NCBI GenBank assembly: GCA_030622545.1
Contig: JAUXGA010000009.1
Span: 42,203-106,202 of the forward strand
From: a bacterium
GTDB taxonomy: Bacteria; Electryoneota; RPQS01; DYHQ01
DNA: 64,000 bases
Reading direction: 5' to 3'
The translations under genes were made by a program, and so were the position numbers. Shown here one piece after another: positions 9,802-18,603 of this stretch (its first letter is position 1; each line of letters opens with the position of its first letter). Under the pieces are notes generated by a model. It made no database searches and was not told where the DNA came from. It saw nothing but the letters and a program-made list of their open reading frames with translations.

Positions 9802-10025
9802 CGCCGCGGTGAATCTCCAGATTCGCCCGGAATATATGTTCGCCGAGCCGGGTTAAGCAGCCTTACCGTTTCATAGTACTGAGAGGGTATTCCAGCGCAA
9901 CCCGGCCGGAATGAATCGCGGTGTGGCTGCCGGAAAAAAGTAAATATATCGCGGTGTTGTCCGCCAATTGGCGGATTGCAGCCGACCCATTTTCGCCGAG
10001 CAGGGTCCCCCGACCCTGCCGCAAT
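9802..10025 (+). repeat. Cluster of palindromic repeats
   Basis: CGCCG units at 9802-9833, 9841-9912 and 9994-10025, plus a GCGGTGTTG...TTGCAGCCGACCC unit at 9951-9988. Confidence 0.85.
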
Positions 10026-10077
10026 GTTCGCCCAGACGCGTAAAAAATAAGACAATCGTTCAAGAAATTGCACTAAA

Positions 10078-10114
10078 GAAAAAGCGGCCCCAGAAAATAC
10101 ATTCCAAGGGCCGC
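10078..10114 (-). terminator. Intrinsic terminator after C25 gene 1 (duplicated near 14530-14566)
   Basis: GCGGCCC/GGGCCGC stem followed by a T run on the minus strand. Confidence 0.6.
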
Positions 10115-10173
10115 CCGTAGTTCAAGCATCTTTCATTGCCGCTTAAGGCTCTCCAGAGCCGTAATGGCGAGAA

Positions 10174-13100
10174 TTAATTCTTCACCGACATCACCTGATA
10201 GAAATGCTTCTCATAACTCGCCGCTTCACCTACAATCGTATACGGCGGAGCCGGAACAACAATCGGCATTCCTCCGAATGTATCCGGAGTGTCCGAAATG
10301 TAGATATTGTATTCTGTCGCATCCGTCGGCGTCCAGTCCAAAATCACATCATCGCCAGAACGCCATGCCGTCAAATCCGTGACAGGATCCGGCTCGTCAT
10401 CCCAAAGCACCTGCGCGCTGTTCGACATCGACGATTCACCATCGGAATACTGCGCCGATACTTCATAGGTATAGGTCGTGTAAGGCAAGCCGGACATATC
10501 ATCCTCGTAGGTCAGCGCCTGCACCATCGAGTCAATCTTGCTACCGTTGCGATAGATGTTGTAGCTTTCAAGAGAGCCCAGCGAAGCACCGGATGATGGT
10601 GATTCCCAGCTCAGGTACGTCGTCGAACCGATAAGCTCTGCCTGCAGGTTCTGCGGCGGATTGTTCCCGACCAAAAGGATAACGCGCACATCATCAATGT
10701 ACCAGCCTTCCGCGCCACCGCCGTTGTCGCTGCCGAAATGGAACCGAATCTGGACATCACCCGAATACGCTCCCAAATCACACACCACTTCGCTCCACGA
10801 AATGTTATCGCTGAAGCATGGTGTCGCACACGCAAATGGTCCGGTGTATGGGCTGCTGCCTCCGGCTGTGCAGCGCGTGACTTTATTATAGCCGCCTGTG
10901 GGCGTGAGCTGCTCCCAAGGACCGCCGCCCTCGGAAATCTCAATGATACCCGCGTCGTATGCCGAATCCGAATAGTAGATGGAAACTTCCGCTTCTATCC
11001 AGTGCCAGAAGCGCAGTTCAGCGTGACCAGAGAGATTTATCGTCGGCGTGATCAGCACAGCGTCCATATGATTTGCGTAATCGCCTGTGCCCGTGTCACC
11101 GCACTTCCATGCGTGCGTTGGCGATTGATAATCTTCCGTGGAAATATGCCATTGATCTGTCCAGCCGGCTTGATCCTCCTGATGTAACCAACCGCCCACG
11201 CCATTTTCTATCGTGTCATAGAAACCGCCGATAGGCAACTCAAGCATGACGTGTTCCATACGTCCACCGTCCATCGTCACTTCGAGATAGAAAAACGCGC
11301 GATCCATTCCCGGAGCAGTCGGCAGTACTTCAACCGTGAACGTTGTCATAGCGCTGGAATGTCCGGCGTCGAGCAGCACAAGTGTGCCGGTGCTCTGTGT
11401 GATATTCAAATCGTCATGGTCTGTCGTCAATGTCCCGACAAGAGAGCTGGCGCTGGATGAACCGTCATTGTAGAGTGTCAATGTCAACGTCACAGTTTCG
11501 CCCGCATCCATCACGCCGTTATTGTTGCCGGTGGCATCGTCCACCAGTGAGGATGAAACCGTCAGCGCAGGCGCGTGAGCCGTAATCGTGAATGAATCAG
11601 TCCATTCTTCCCGCGCACCGTCTGATGCCGTTACGCTGACATTAATCACAAAACCGTCCGGAACATCAGCGGATACGTCAGCTTCGAAACCGTTCGGGAT
11701 AACTTTCTGCTGGCTCGCTGTAATCGTTCCGTAGTCTTCGGAATTATCAGTAATGTTCAGATACGCGTCTGTTGTAGCGATTGTCACCATGACGTTATTC
11801 GCATCTTCGTTCCCGATATTTTCTTCGGTTAAAGTAATATCCAAGGTCTCGCCGAAGTCCGCCAGGCCATCGCCGTTTCCACCGGCCGTGTCGTCAACAT
11901 CTACATCAGCCGTTACGATATACGGACCTGCGCTGGGGATAACCTCAATCGTTGTGATAACCGGTTGACGATTCTGCCGCGTGATCACGAGGTCGGTATT
12001 TCCGGGAGTCGTGAAAGGCTCAAAATTAAGAGTGAGTTCACCGGTCTCATCCACTAATCCCGCGGCATAGAGTACGCCGTCACGACTAAGGCCCACATAG
12101 GACCAAGGATCGGCCGTAACCTGAATTGAGCTCAGACTGATTAAAATCTGGCTCGGATAGTCCACGACATTTACGGATGGCACACCGAAATAGGTACTCA
12201 GTGCGGGGTCACCCATCAGGGCATAAATCTCCCAGTAATAATTGATCCGACTGCTGCCACCATCCACGACAGCCAAGTTGCCCGCCATAATGGCCGCATA
12301 CTGAGTAGTATACCACTCGGAGAAACTCTCGCCATGATCGTGGAATATGCCATCGTAAGCGCCGGGTCCTGTGCTCTCATAGGTCGGATTCGCGACAATA
12401 GAACCATTGCCAACTCCCCACCAATAGTCCTCGTCCCAATAGGTGCTATTTGTGCCGCCAATGTAACCTATTGCACCTTTGTCCTCGGCGCGCAGCCAAG
12501 CTTCACCGAAGCAATTTCCCACATCGAAACTGTTAGTCAGGCAGCAGTTGCCGACAACGGTGGGATACTCGCTCGCGTTCTGCAGGCCGTCGATGTTGGA
12601 AATCGTGAAGCTGGGATTCGACCAAGATGTGGTGCTACCGTGCGCCGTGTAATTTGCATAACCCACGCCTTCGCTAACATTCTGGATAATGTCGGCTGAG
12701 TGATTTTGCGACTCGGGACAGAGATAGGTGTGCGAATAGATCCCGTGGCTCGCATTGAAGTAGTAAGTCGTGCCGTAGTTGATCTGCCCATTTCCCCATG
12801 TAGAACAGTAAGTGGCGTCATAGCCGGCAATCATTACTACTTCACCTAAGAAACTGGGATCGGGCATTTCATAGCGTTCGTACTCCAAGGTTTTGTCAAT
12901 CTGAGGCTGGAGCTCTGAGGTGTTGCGGGCCGAGAAACGACCATAGTACATTTCGGGCATATAGTCACCGCCGTCAAGGGCCACATAATGCAGGTCAGTA
13001 ACATGTCCGCCCGTATTTCCGTTCCAAGCCGGGACCTCACTCACATCACCTACGAAAAGTACAAAACTCGGCTTGGGATTTTCGGTGTCGTATATGCCTT

Positions 13101-13995
13101 GGATGTAGCTCTTAATCGAGGCTGTGGTCGTTCCCACCTCAGGATCGCCCACATAGCCGACAAACATTTCGTAGCCCTTCTTTATCTTCCATTCGATAAA
13201 AGGCTGAAGCTGGGTTTCAAACATGGGATCAGCAACGATGATGTACTTCACAGGATAGCGGATAATGTCATCGAGTATGGGAACCGGCTCGTAGTTCAAT
13301 ACGAACTGCTGGTAAATGCCCTCAAAGTAAGGCGACCAAGTTCTTCTACGAAGGTCGCTTGTTGCCGCCGCATCTCCGCCGCTGAAATCAATCCTGACCT
13401 CCAGATTATTGTAGACGGCTACCGTATGACTAACAGGATTATACTTCACGGGTTCCACGACCAAAGTGAAAAGCCGCATTCCGCGCAAAATACCCATCTC
13501 TTCAACATGAACCACTGGGTTGTCGCCGTAACCATTAACCGTATAGGCAGCTGCATCATAGACAAATGGCACATCTTCCGGCAATTGACTCTTGGAAACC
13601 GATGGTTGAGCGGGCATCAGAGGTTGTGCAATGCCCTGCACAGCCAGCTCTATCTCCTCGACATTGTAACGAACGGCTTCTACCGAGATTTCAGCGTCGA
13701 GTGGTACGGAAATGATTTGGTAACTTACCGGAAGTTTAGGTTCACCGAGCCTCGTGCTGTAACTAAGATTCGGGATGCTGATGTGACTGAAAAGGCCGCG
13801 TTCAGTCTGCACGTCAAAACCCTCGATCCGCGAAAATCCGTACATCACGCTCAGGCCATTGTCGCTGCTACTGAGCACCTGCACGGCATCCTCCTGTGCC
13901 GCCAAGTCAATGGAACTTGCGCCGTAAGCAGGCAAGCTCGCAAAGCAAATCAGCGCTACTATGCTAACAAAAGTTCCCATGCGATTCCTCATCAT
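10174..13995 (-). CDS. Secreted gingipain-like C25 cysteine peptidase, multidomain
   Basis: Signal peptide, propeptide (GEPKLPV), catalytic YTAHG and GNCCLT, Ig-like and GWYIDD jelly-roll modules, FN3-like tail. Confidence 0.9.
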   Translation of the reverse strand: MMRNRMGTFVSIVALICFASLPAYGASSIDLAAQEDAVQVLSSSDNGLSVMYGFSRIEGFDVQTERGLFSHISIPNLSYSTRLGEPKLPVSYQIISVPLDAEISVEAVRYNVEEIELAVQGIAQPLMPAQPSVSKSQLPEDVPFVYDAAAYTVNGYGDNPVVHVEEMGILRGMRLFTLVVEPVKYNPVSHTVAVYNNLEVRIDFSGGDAAATSDLRRRTWSPYFEGIYQQFVLNYEPVPILDDIIRYPVKYIIVADPMFETQLQPFIEWKIKKGYEMFVGYVGDPEVGTTTASIKSYIQGIYDTENPKPSFVLFVGDVSEVPAWNGNTGGHVTDLHYVALDGGDYMPEMYYGRFSARNTSELQPQIDKTLEYERYEMPDPSFLGEVVMIAGYDATYCSTWGNGQINYGTTYYFNASHGIYSHTYLCPESQNHSADIIQNVSEGVGYANYTAHGSTTSWSNPSFTISNIDGLQNASEYPTVVGNCCLTNSFDVGNCFGEAWLRAEDKGAIGYIGGTNSTYWDEDYWWGVGNGSIVANPTYESTGPGAYDGIFHDHGESFSEWYTTQYAAIMAGNLAVVDGGSSRINYYWEIYALMGDPALSTYFGVPSVNVVDYPSQILISLSSIQVTADPWSYVGLSRDGVLYAAGLVDETGELTLNFEPFTTPGNTDLVITRQNRQPVITTIEVIPSAGPYIVTADVDVDDTAGGNGDGLADFGETLDITLTEENIGNEDANNVMVTIATTDAYLNITDNSEDYGTITASQQKVIPNGFEADVSADVPDGFVINVSVTASDGAREEWTDSFTITAHAPALTVSSSLVDDATGNNNGVMDAGETVTLTLTLYNDGSSSASSLVGTLTTDHDDLNITQSTGTLVLLDAGHSSAMTTFTVEVLPTAPGMDRAFFYLEVTMDGGRMEHVMLELPIGGFYDTIENGVGGWLHQEDQAGWTDQWHISTEDYQSPTHAWKCGDTGTGDYANHMDAVLITPTINLSGHAELRFWHWIEAEVSIYYSDSAYDAGIIEISEGGGPWEQLTPTGGYNKVTRCTAGGSSPYTGPFACATPCFSDNISWSEVVCDLGAYSGDVQIRFHFGSDNGGGAEGWYIDDVRVILLVGNNPPQNLQAELIGSTTYLSWESPSSGASLGSLESYNIYRNGSKIDSMVQALTYEDDMSGLPYTTYTYEVSAQYSDGESSMSNSAQVLWDDEPDPVTDLTAWRSGDDVILDWTPTDATEYNIYISDTPDTFGGMPIVVPAPPYTIVGEAASYEKHFYQVMSVKN

Positions 13996-14100
13996 GTATT
14001 CCTCCTACCAGAATATCGAGCTTTCCCTTTCGCAGCTCAGTTTAGAACAATAATTATCAAATACTTACAATTACATGTAACCCATTTTTTCGCAACCTGA

Positions 14101-14129
14101 AAAATAAGCAAAAAACACTTCATATGCAA
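14101..14129 (-). promoter_or_regulatory. Putative promoter of C25 gene 1 (copy at 16971-16999)
   Basis: TTGCAT-17 nt-TATTTT, conserved in both copies. Confidence 0.45.
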
Positions 14130-14205
14130 GCAAAATTCCCTCCAAACCTTGATTTTCAGCGAGTATATCAAAGCATGAGAAATTTCATAAAGTAATAAAA
14201 AACAT

Positions 14206-14234
14206 TTGACCCTTACCTGCGATTTCCCTATATT
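14206..14234 (+). promoter_or_regulatory. Divergent sigma70-type promoter (copy at 17076-17104)
   Basis: TTGACC-17 nt-TATATT; same -10 as the tRNA, XRE and trxB promoters. Confidence 0.55.
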
Positions 14235-14446
14235 CTGGTAATTACAGGATTTCCTCTGCGTTTTTTACATCGGATAACACCAAGTTCCGCATTTTCCTAC
14301 GACAACCGACCCACCCGTTGAGAGGCAATAAATCTCCCCCTGCGTGTGGACTGCGCCCATAGGACTGGACAGATTGGGGGGGAATACGCAATTTCGCTGT
14401 GACCTGCCCGAATGAAACAGTCAAACTACTCATGAAACAATCCATT

Positions 14447-14585
14447 CGCCGAGCATGGTCCCCCGACCCTGCCGCAATATTCGCCTAGACGCGTAAAAAA
14501 TAAGACAATCGTTCAAGAAATTGCACTAAAGAAAGAGCGGCCCCAGAAAATACATTTCAGGGCCGCCCATAGTTCAAGTACTTTT
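14447..14585. repeat. CGCCG repeat plus duplicated downstream region of the C25 genes
   Basis: Highly similar to 9994-10133. Confidence 0.9.
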
Positions 14586-14592
14586 GCCGATG

Positions 14593-16869
14593 CTAATTCT
14601 TCACCGAAATCACCTGATAGAAATTCTTGTCATAATTCGCCGCGTCGCCGGTGACAGTGTAAGGAGGTGACGTCACAACAATCGGGTATACCCCACTGAA
14701 GTCCTCCGGATCATCCGAGATGTAGATGTGGTATTCGTCCGCATCCGTCGGCGTCCAATCTAAAATCACATCATCTCCCGAACGAATTGCCGTCAAATCT
14801 GTAACTGGATCCATAATCGGCACCGAGCTTTGATATGGGTCGCAGTCATGGCCCGTGACGGTAATGTGCAGTGTGCCCGAAGTTGTAGCGCCCGCTCCCA
14901 AATCCATCGTCGCGGTGCCATCAGTAAAAAGATATTGCGTCGAGTATATCTCGCCGTTCTCGTCATGTACACACACAAGCGCCCAGTCACTGATGCTGCT
15001 GACGGTTACATCAAAACTTGTCGCTCCAACAAAAAGCGTCGCATCGTGTGTAACGCCAATCGCGACAGGAACCGCTGTCCACAAATCAATCGACGGATCC
15101 CCCATGATATTGTACATCTCGAAATAACACCGCGTCGTGCTATTATCACCAAAATGAGCGAAAAAACGCAGCTTTCCGTAGTTCATCATCCCCGCAGTCC
15201 AGGTCTGATTTTCATCGCCGGGATTGACATTGGCGCAGAAACCCTCCATCACTCGCTTCTCGAGGATGTCGTCTTCGGTCCAATAGGAACTGACCGAAGA
15301 TGCCATGATACCAATGCCCGCATGGTTGGCGCGAATCCAGGTTTCCGAAAAGCACTCTGGGTAGGAAGTCGAAGCAAAAGCACCAGTCAGACAGGAGTAG
15401 CTCTGGACAAAGGGATAGACGGTATTATAAAGGTTGTTCACATCGCTTTGCGAAAACCGCGGCCCATCACTCCATTCGTCATACCAACCGTGGCCTGAAA
15501 AGATGGAAAGGGAGCGTCCAGCGTTGTGGGCATCCCGCACCTCCTGCGTTATCGCACTGTAGGTGTGGCAATAGAGCTTGTCGCTTGTGTAACCATCCGG
15601 CGTTAGAAAGTTATCAATCACAAAGTTGTGCGTCCCTTCGGAAACCGTATAGTTATCTGCGGAAGCCAGAAACACAGCCCACTTTTCCCAGGTGTCATTG
15701 CCTGTCCAACCGACCTGCTCGTATTCCATCGTCTTGGTGATGATATTCGTCAGGTCTGTCAGATTCACGACCGACCATCGCCCGAGGTCAGCATCCGCCT
15801 TATAATCAGTTCCTTCGAGCATCGTGTAGTTCAAATCTGTTTTGGGATCCCCCGTTCCGCTACCTCTCCAGGTGGGGATGGAGCCGATATCGCCAATCAA
15901 GAGAATAAAAGTCGGTGCAACTGGCCAATTGTCATAAGCATTCTGGATATAAGCCTTTATCTCAGTCGCCGATGCACCCGTCGTATTCGTTGTCTTGAAT
16001 TCCGTTCGGAAACCCTTGTCGAATTTCCAGTCCACATAGTCCAGCAAATCCGTATTCGTCTCCCATTGGGGATCCGTGATGATCAGCAGCAGCGGAGGTT
16101 CCGGCATACCGTTCAAATCTCGAGTTTGCTGATCCATTGACGTTTTGATGAGTAACCGATCCGTCAATGTCTCAAAGGGGAAGCTGTTATAACGCGCTTG
16201 TTTGGCGCGTGTCAGTTCCATATCCGAGCCGGTAAGCGTTATACGCACTTCCAAAGAAACAAGCGCTTTCACTTCCTGCGTAGCCGGGTTTACATCCACC
16301 GGATACACAATCACTTCGACATAACGGTGTCCGCGAATAATCCCGATTTCGCCCATTTCAACTAACACGTCATGCTGATAAGCGTCTGTGGCGTAAACCG
16401 CCTCATCGAAATAGAAAGGCGCATTTTCCAAAGCGCCCGGAAGCTTCTCGATCGGAGCCTGAACCGGATAAATCGGCGAACCGATTCCCAAATCCTCGAA
16501 CGAATACGTCGCCACATTCATATTCAGAACCATCAATGATGGCGTAGCGCCATAAGGAATACTGACCATTTTCCGAATCGCCGGCAATTCCGGATGTCCA
16601 ACGTCCCCGCAGATACCGCCGTCCACAACAGAGAGGTACGTGAAGCCGCCCCCCGGAGTCGAAACAGCGCTCTGGAACATGCCGGGTGATTGATAATACA
16701 AATCGATTCCCGTCGGTGACGCCGTCCGTACATCCACACTCGGCGGCGCTTGACGGGAAATACCGTCCCACGCAACCCAGCCGTCATTCGTCGCAGCGTA
16801 AGCGACTACACCCACGAAACACAATAATGTGAAAAATGTAACAATGAACCTCGCATAATTCTTCATCAT
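14593..16869 (-). CDS. Secreted gingipain-like C25 cysteine peptidase (short form)
   Basis: Signal peptide, propeptide (GHPELPA), catalytic FSGHG and SYSCLT, YNIMGDP, same C-terminal domain as gene 1. Confidence 0.9.
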   Translation of the reverse strand: MMKNYARFIVTFFTLLCFVGVVAYAATNDGWVAWDGISRQAPPSVDVRTASPTGIDLYYQSPGMFQSAVSTPGGGFTYLSVVDGGICGDVGHPELPAIRKMVSIPYGATPSLMVLNMNVATYSFEDLGIGSPIYPVQAPIEKLPGALENAPFYFDEAVYATDAYQHDVLVEMGEIGIIRGHRYVEVIVYPVDVNPATQEVKALVSLEVRITLTGSDMELTRAKQARYNSFPFETLTDRLLIKTSMDQQTRDLNGMPEPPLLLIITDPQWETNTDLLDYVDWKFDKGFRTEFKTTNTTGASATEIKAYIQNAYDNWPVAPTFILLIGDIGSIPTWRGSGTGDPKTDLNYTMLEGTDYKADADLGRWSVVNLTDLTNIITKTMEYEQVGWTGNDTWEKWAVFLASADNYTVSEGTHNFVIDNFLTPDGYTSDKLYCHTYSAITQEVRDAHNAGRSLSIFSGHGWYDEWSDGPRFSQSDVNNLYNTVYPFVQSYSCLTGAFASTSYPECFSETWIRANHAGIGIMASSVSSYWTEDDILEKRVMEGFCANVNPGDENQTWTAGMMNYGKLRFFAHFGDNSTTRCYFEMYNIMGDPSIDLWTAVPVAIGVTHDATLFVGATSFDVTVSSISDWALVCVHDENGEIYSTQYLFTDGTATMDLGAGATTSGTLHITVTGHDCDPYQSSVPIMDPVTDLTAIRSGDDVILDWTPTDADEYHIYISDDPEDFSGVYPIVVTSPPYTVTGDAANYDKNFYQVISVKN

Positions 16870-17335
16870 GCATTCCTCCTACCAGATCTTGAGCTTTCCT
16901 TTTCGTAGCTCAGTTTAGAATAATTATCAAATACTTACAATTACAAGCAACCCATTTTTTCGCAACCTGAAAAATACGCAAAAAACATGTCATATGCAAG
17001 CAAAATTCCCTCCAAGCCCTGATTTTCAGCGAGTATATCAAAGCGCGAGAAATTTCATAAAGCAATAAAAAACATTTGACCCTTACCAGAGATTTCCCTA
17101 TATTCTGGTAATTACAGGATTTCCCCTGCGTTTTTGCGCCGGTTAACACCAAGTTCCGCATTTTCCTACGACAACCAACCCACCCGCCGAGAGGCAACAA
17201 ATTTCCCCCCGCGTGTGGGGGGAGACAAGGGGGGTAAAATACGCAATTTCGCCGAGCTGGGTTTTCGCCGCGGCATGCGTCCCGCGTACCCGGAATGTTG
17301 AATATTATCGTAGGGGCCGATCTGTGACCTGCTCG
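16864..17335. repeat. Duplicated upstream region of the C25 genes, copy 2, ending in a repeat cluster
   Basis: Similar to 13990-14410; carries a poly-C/G palindrome (~17204), CGCCG units (17250, 17266-17297) and a GTAG unit. Confidence 0.9.
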
Positions 17336-17413
17336 CAACGAAATGTAGATATAGACAGGTCCGCGATGTCTGGGACCGAAACAGTATCCCACTCAAAAAA
17401 GAGGAAACTGCAA

Positions 17414-18385
17414 ATGCAATCTAAGTCTGGACGCTGGATATTCTTCACAGTCGTCGCTGTCGTAGTCTCCTATGTCATTCTTGTTATCGTCTTATGGAAA
17501 GTCGGACTGATTGATTTCACGGGTACGGACAACAGCGCGAAAGTCTATTCAGCATTGATAGCACTGGTGGGTGGGTTCTTCAGCGTCATAGTTTCGATTA
17601 TCGGTTTGATCTTAAAATACTCTCTGGATCAAAGAAATACTGATATTAAAGAACAGGCCGAACGAAGGCTTGAGCTGGAGAGCCAGCGCAACAATGCCCT
17701 TAAGACTGAAGCGGAGAACCGATTGAAACTCGAGGCGGCAATTCGAGCCGTTGGGCTGTTAAGCACCAACACTGGAACTCTGGCACCAATGATACAGCGT
17801 GCAGGTGCCCTCTTCGCTTTGACAAGCCTGAATCGTTACAAACTTGCTACGGCACTCACAGCGGAATTGCTTGCGAAAGACGAACTTGATGCATACAGTG
17901 CTTCATCAATTCTTGACCACGCGATAGAATCAGGAGACCAGCGTACACAGGAAGAAGCTATTGGTGTTTTCAACTACTACGTTGAGAGATTTCTTTCACC
18001 AAATGGCGCAGTTGTTTTGCCGGACAGCCTCCATAACTGGCGAGCAGATCTGACTGATTATTCCCGGCAATGGGCAGCGATGGCCTTGGGTCGCCTGCTT
18101 ATCGCGCGTCCTTTATCCGAGTGGGATGAAAATCATGCAAATGCCATTCTGTCTGCGCTCTCGCTGGCATGGTTAAGGGAAACAAAAGAAGAACTAAAGC
18201 AAGATGTTGGTGCCATCCTGAAGAGTGCATTAAAAGCATACCCTGGTTTAGATACCATATTTCACCCACAACAACAGATAAGAATTAGAGATATTCGATT
18301 TCAGGTAGCTTCTGTCACACCATTTTTTGATGCAGTAATTGCACTTCAAAAGCGAATTGAAAAGTGGGTTGCAGAAGGTTCGTGA
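17414..18385 (+). CDS. Hypothetical membrane protein (2 N-terminal TM helices, coiled coil, helical domain)
   Basis: Long ORF; ATG at 17414 follows GAGG; two hydrophobic segments. Confidence 0.7.
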   Translation: MQSKSGRWIFFTVVAVVVSYVILVIVLWKVGLIDFTGTDNSAKVYSALIALVGGFFSVIVSIIGLILKYSLDQRNTDIKEQAERRLELESQRNNALKTEAENRLKLEAAIRAVGLLSTNTGTLAPMIQRAGALFALTSLNRYKLATALTAELLAKDELDAYSASSILDHAIESGDQRTQEEAIGVFNYYVERFLSPNGAVVLPDSLHNWRADLTDYSRQWAAMALGRLLIARPLSEWDENHANAILSALSLAWLRETKEELKQDVGAILKSALKAYPGLDTIFHPQQQIRIRDIRFQVASVTPFFDAVIALQKRIEKWVAEGS

Positions 18386-18399
18386 GCTGGTTCACAGTA

Positions 18400-18585
18400 A
18401 ATCACGTCACACTGACCATCTACAACCTCCTCGGCCAGCAAGTCACGCGCCTCATAGACAAGCAGCACCAGCCGGGCTCCTATACAATATCATGGAACGC
18501 CACCGACCTCCCCTCCGGCCTCTACTTCTGCCGCATGCAATCCGGAAGCTTTATTCAAGTCAGAAAGTTAATGTTGTTGAAATAA
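18400..18585 (+). pseudogene. Orphan T9SS type A C-terminal sorting domain remnant
   Basis: VTLTIYNLLGQQV...WNATDLPSGLYFCRM...RKLMLLK* with no attached cargo or credible start. Confidence 0.8.
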
Positions 18586-18603
18586 AATCAGTCAAGGTCA
18601 CTT

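Larger units (their letters stand above)
13990..14410. repeat. Duplicated upstream region of the C25 genes, copy 1
   Basis: Highly similar to 16864-17335, including RBS and promoters. Confidence 0.9.

Noticed and set aside
9802-10025. Repeat clusters as a CRISPR array
   Set aside because: Units differ in sequence and length, are dispersed, lack regular spacers, and no cas genes are present
16910-17392. 160-aa minus-strand ORF (and 14242-14445) in the duplicated block
   Set aside because: Runs through promoters and repeats; the frame is not preserved between the two copies
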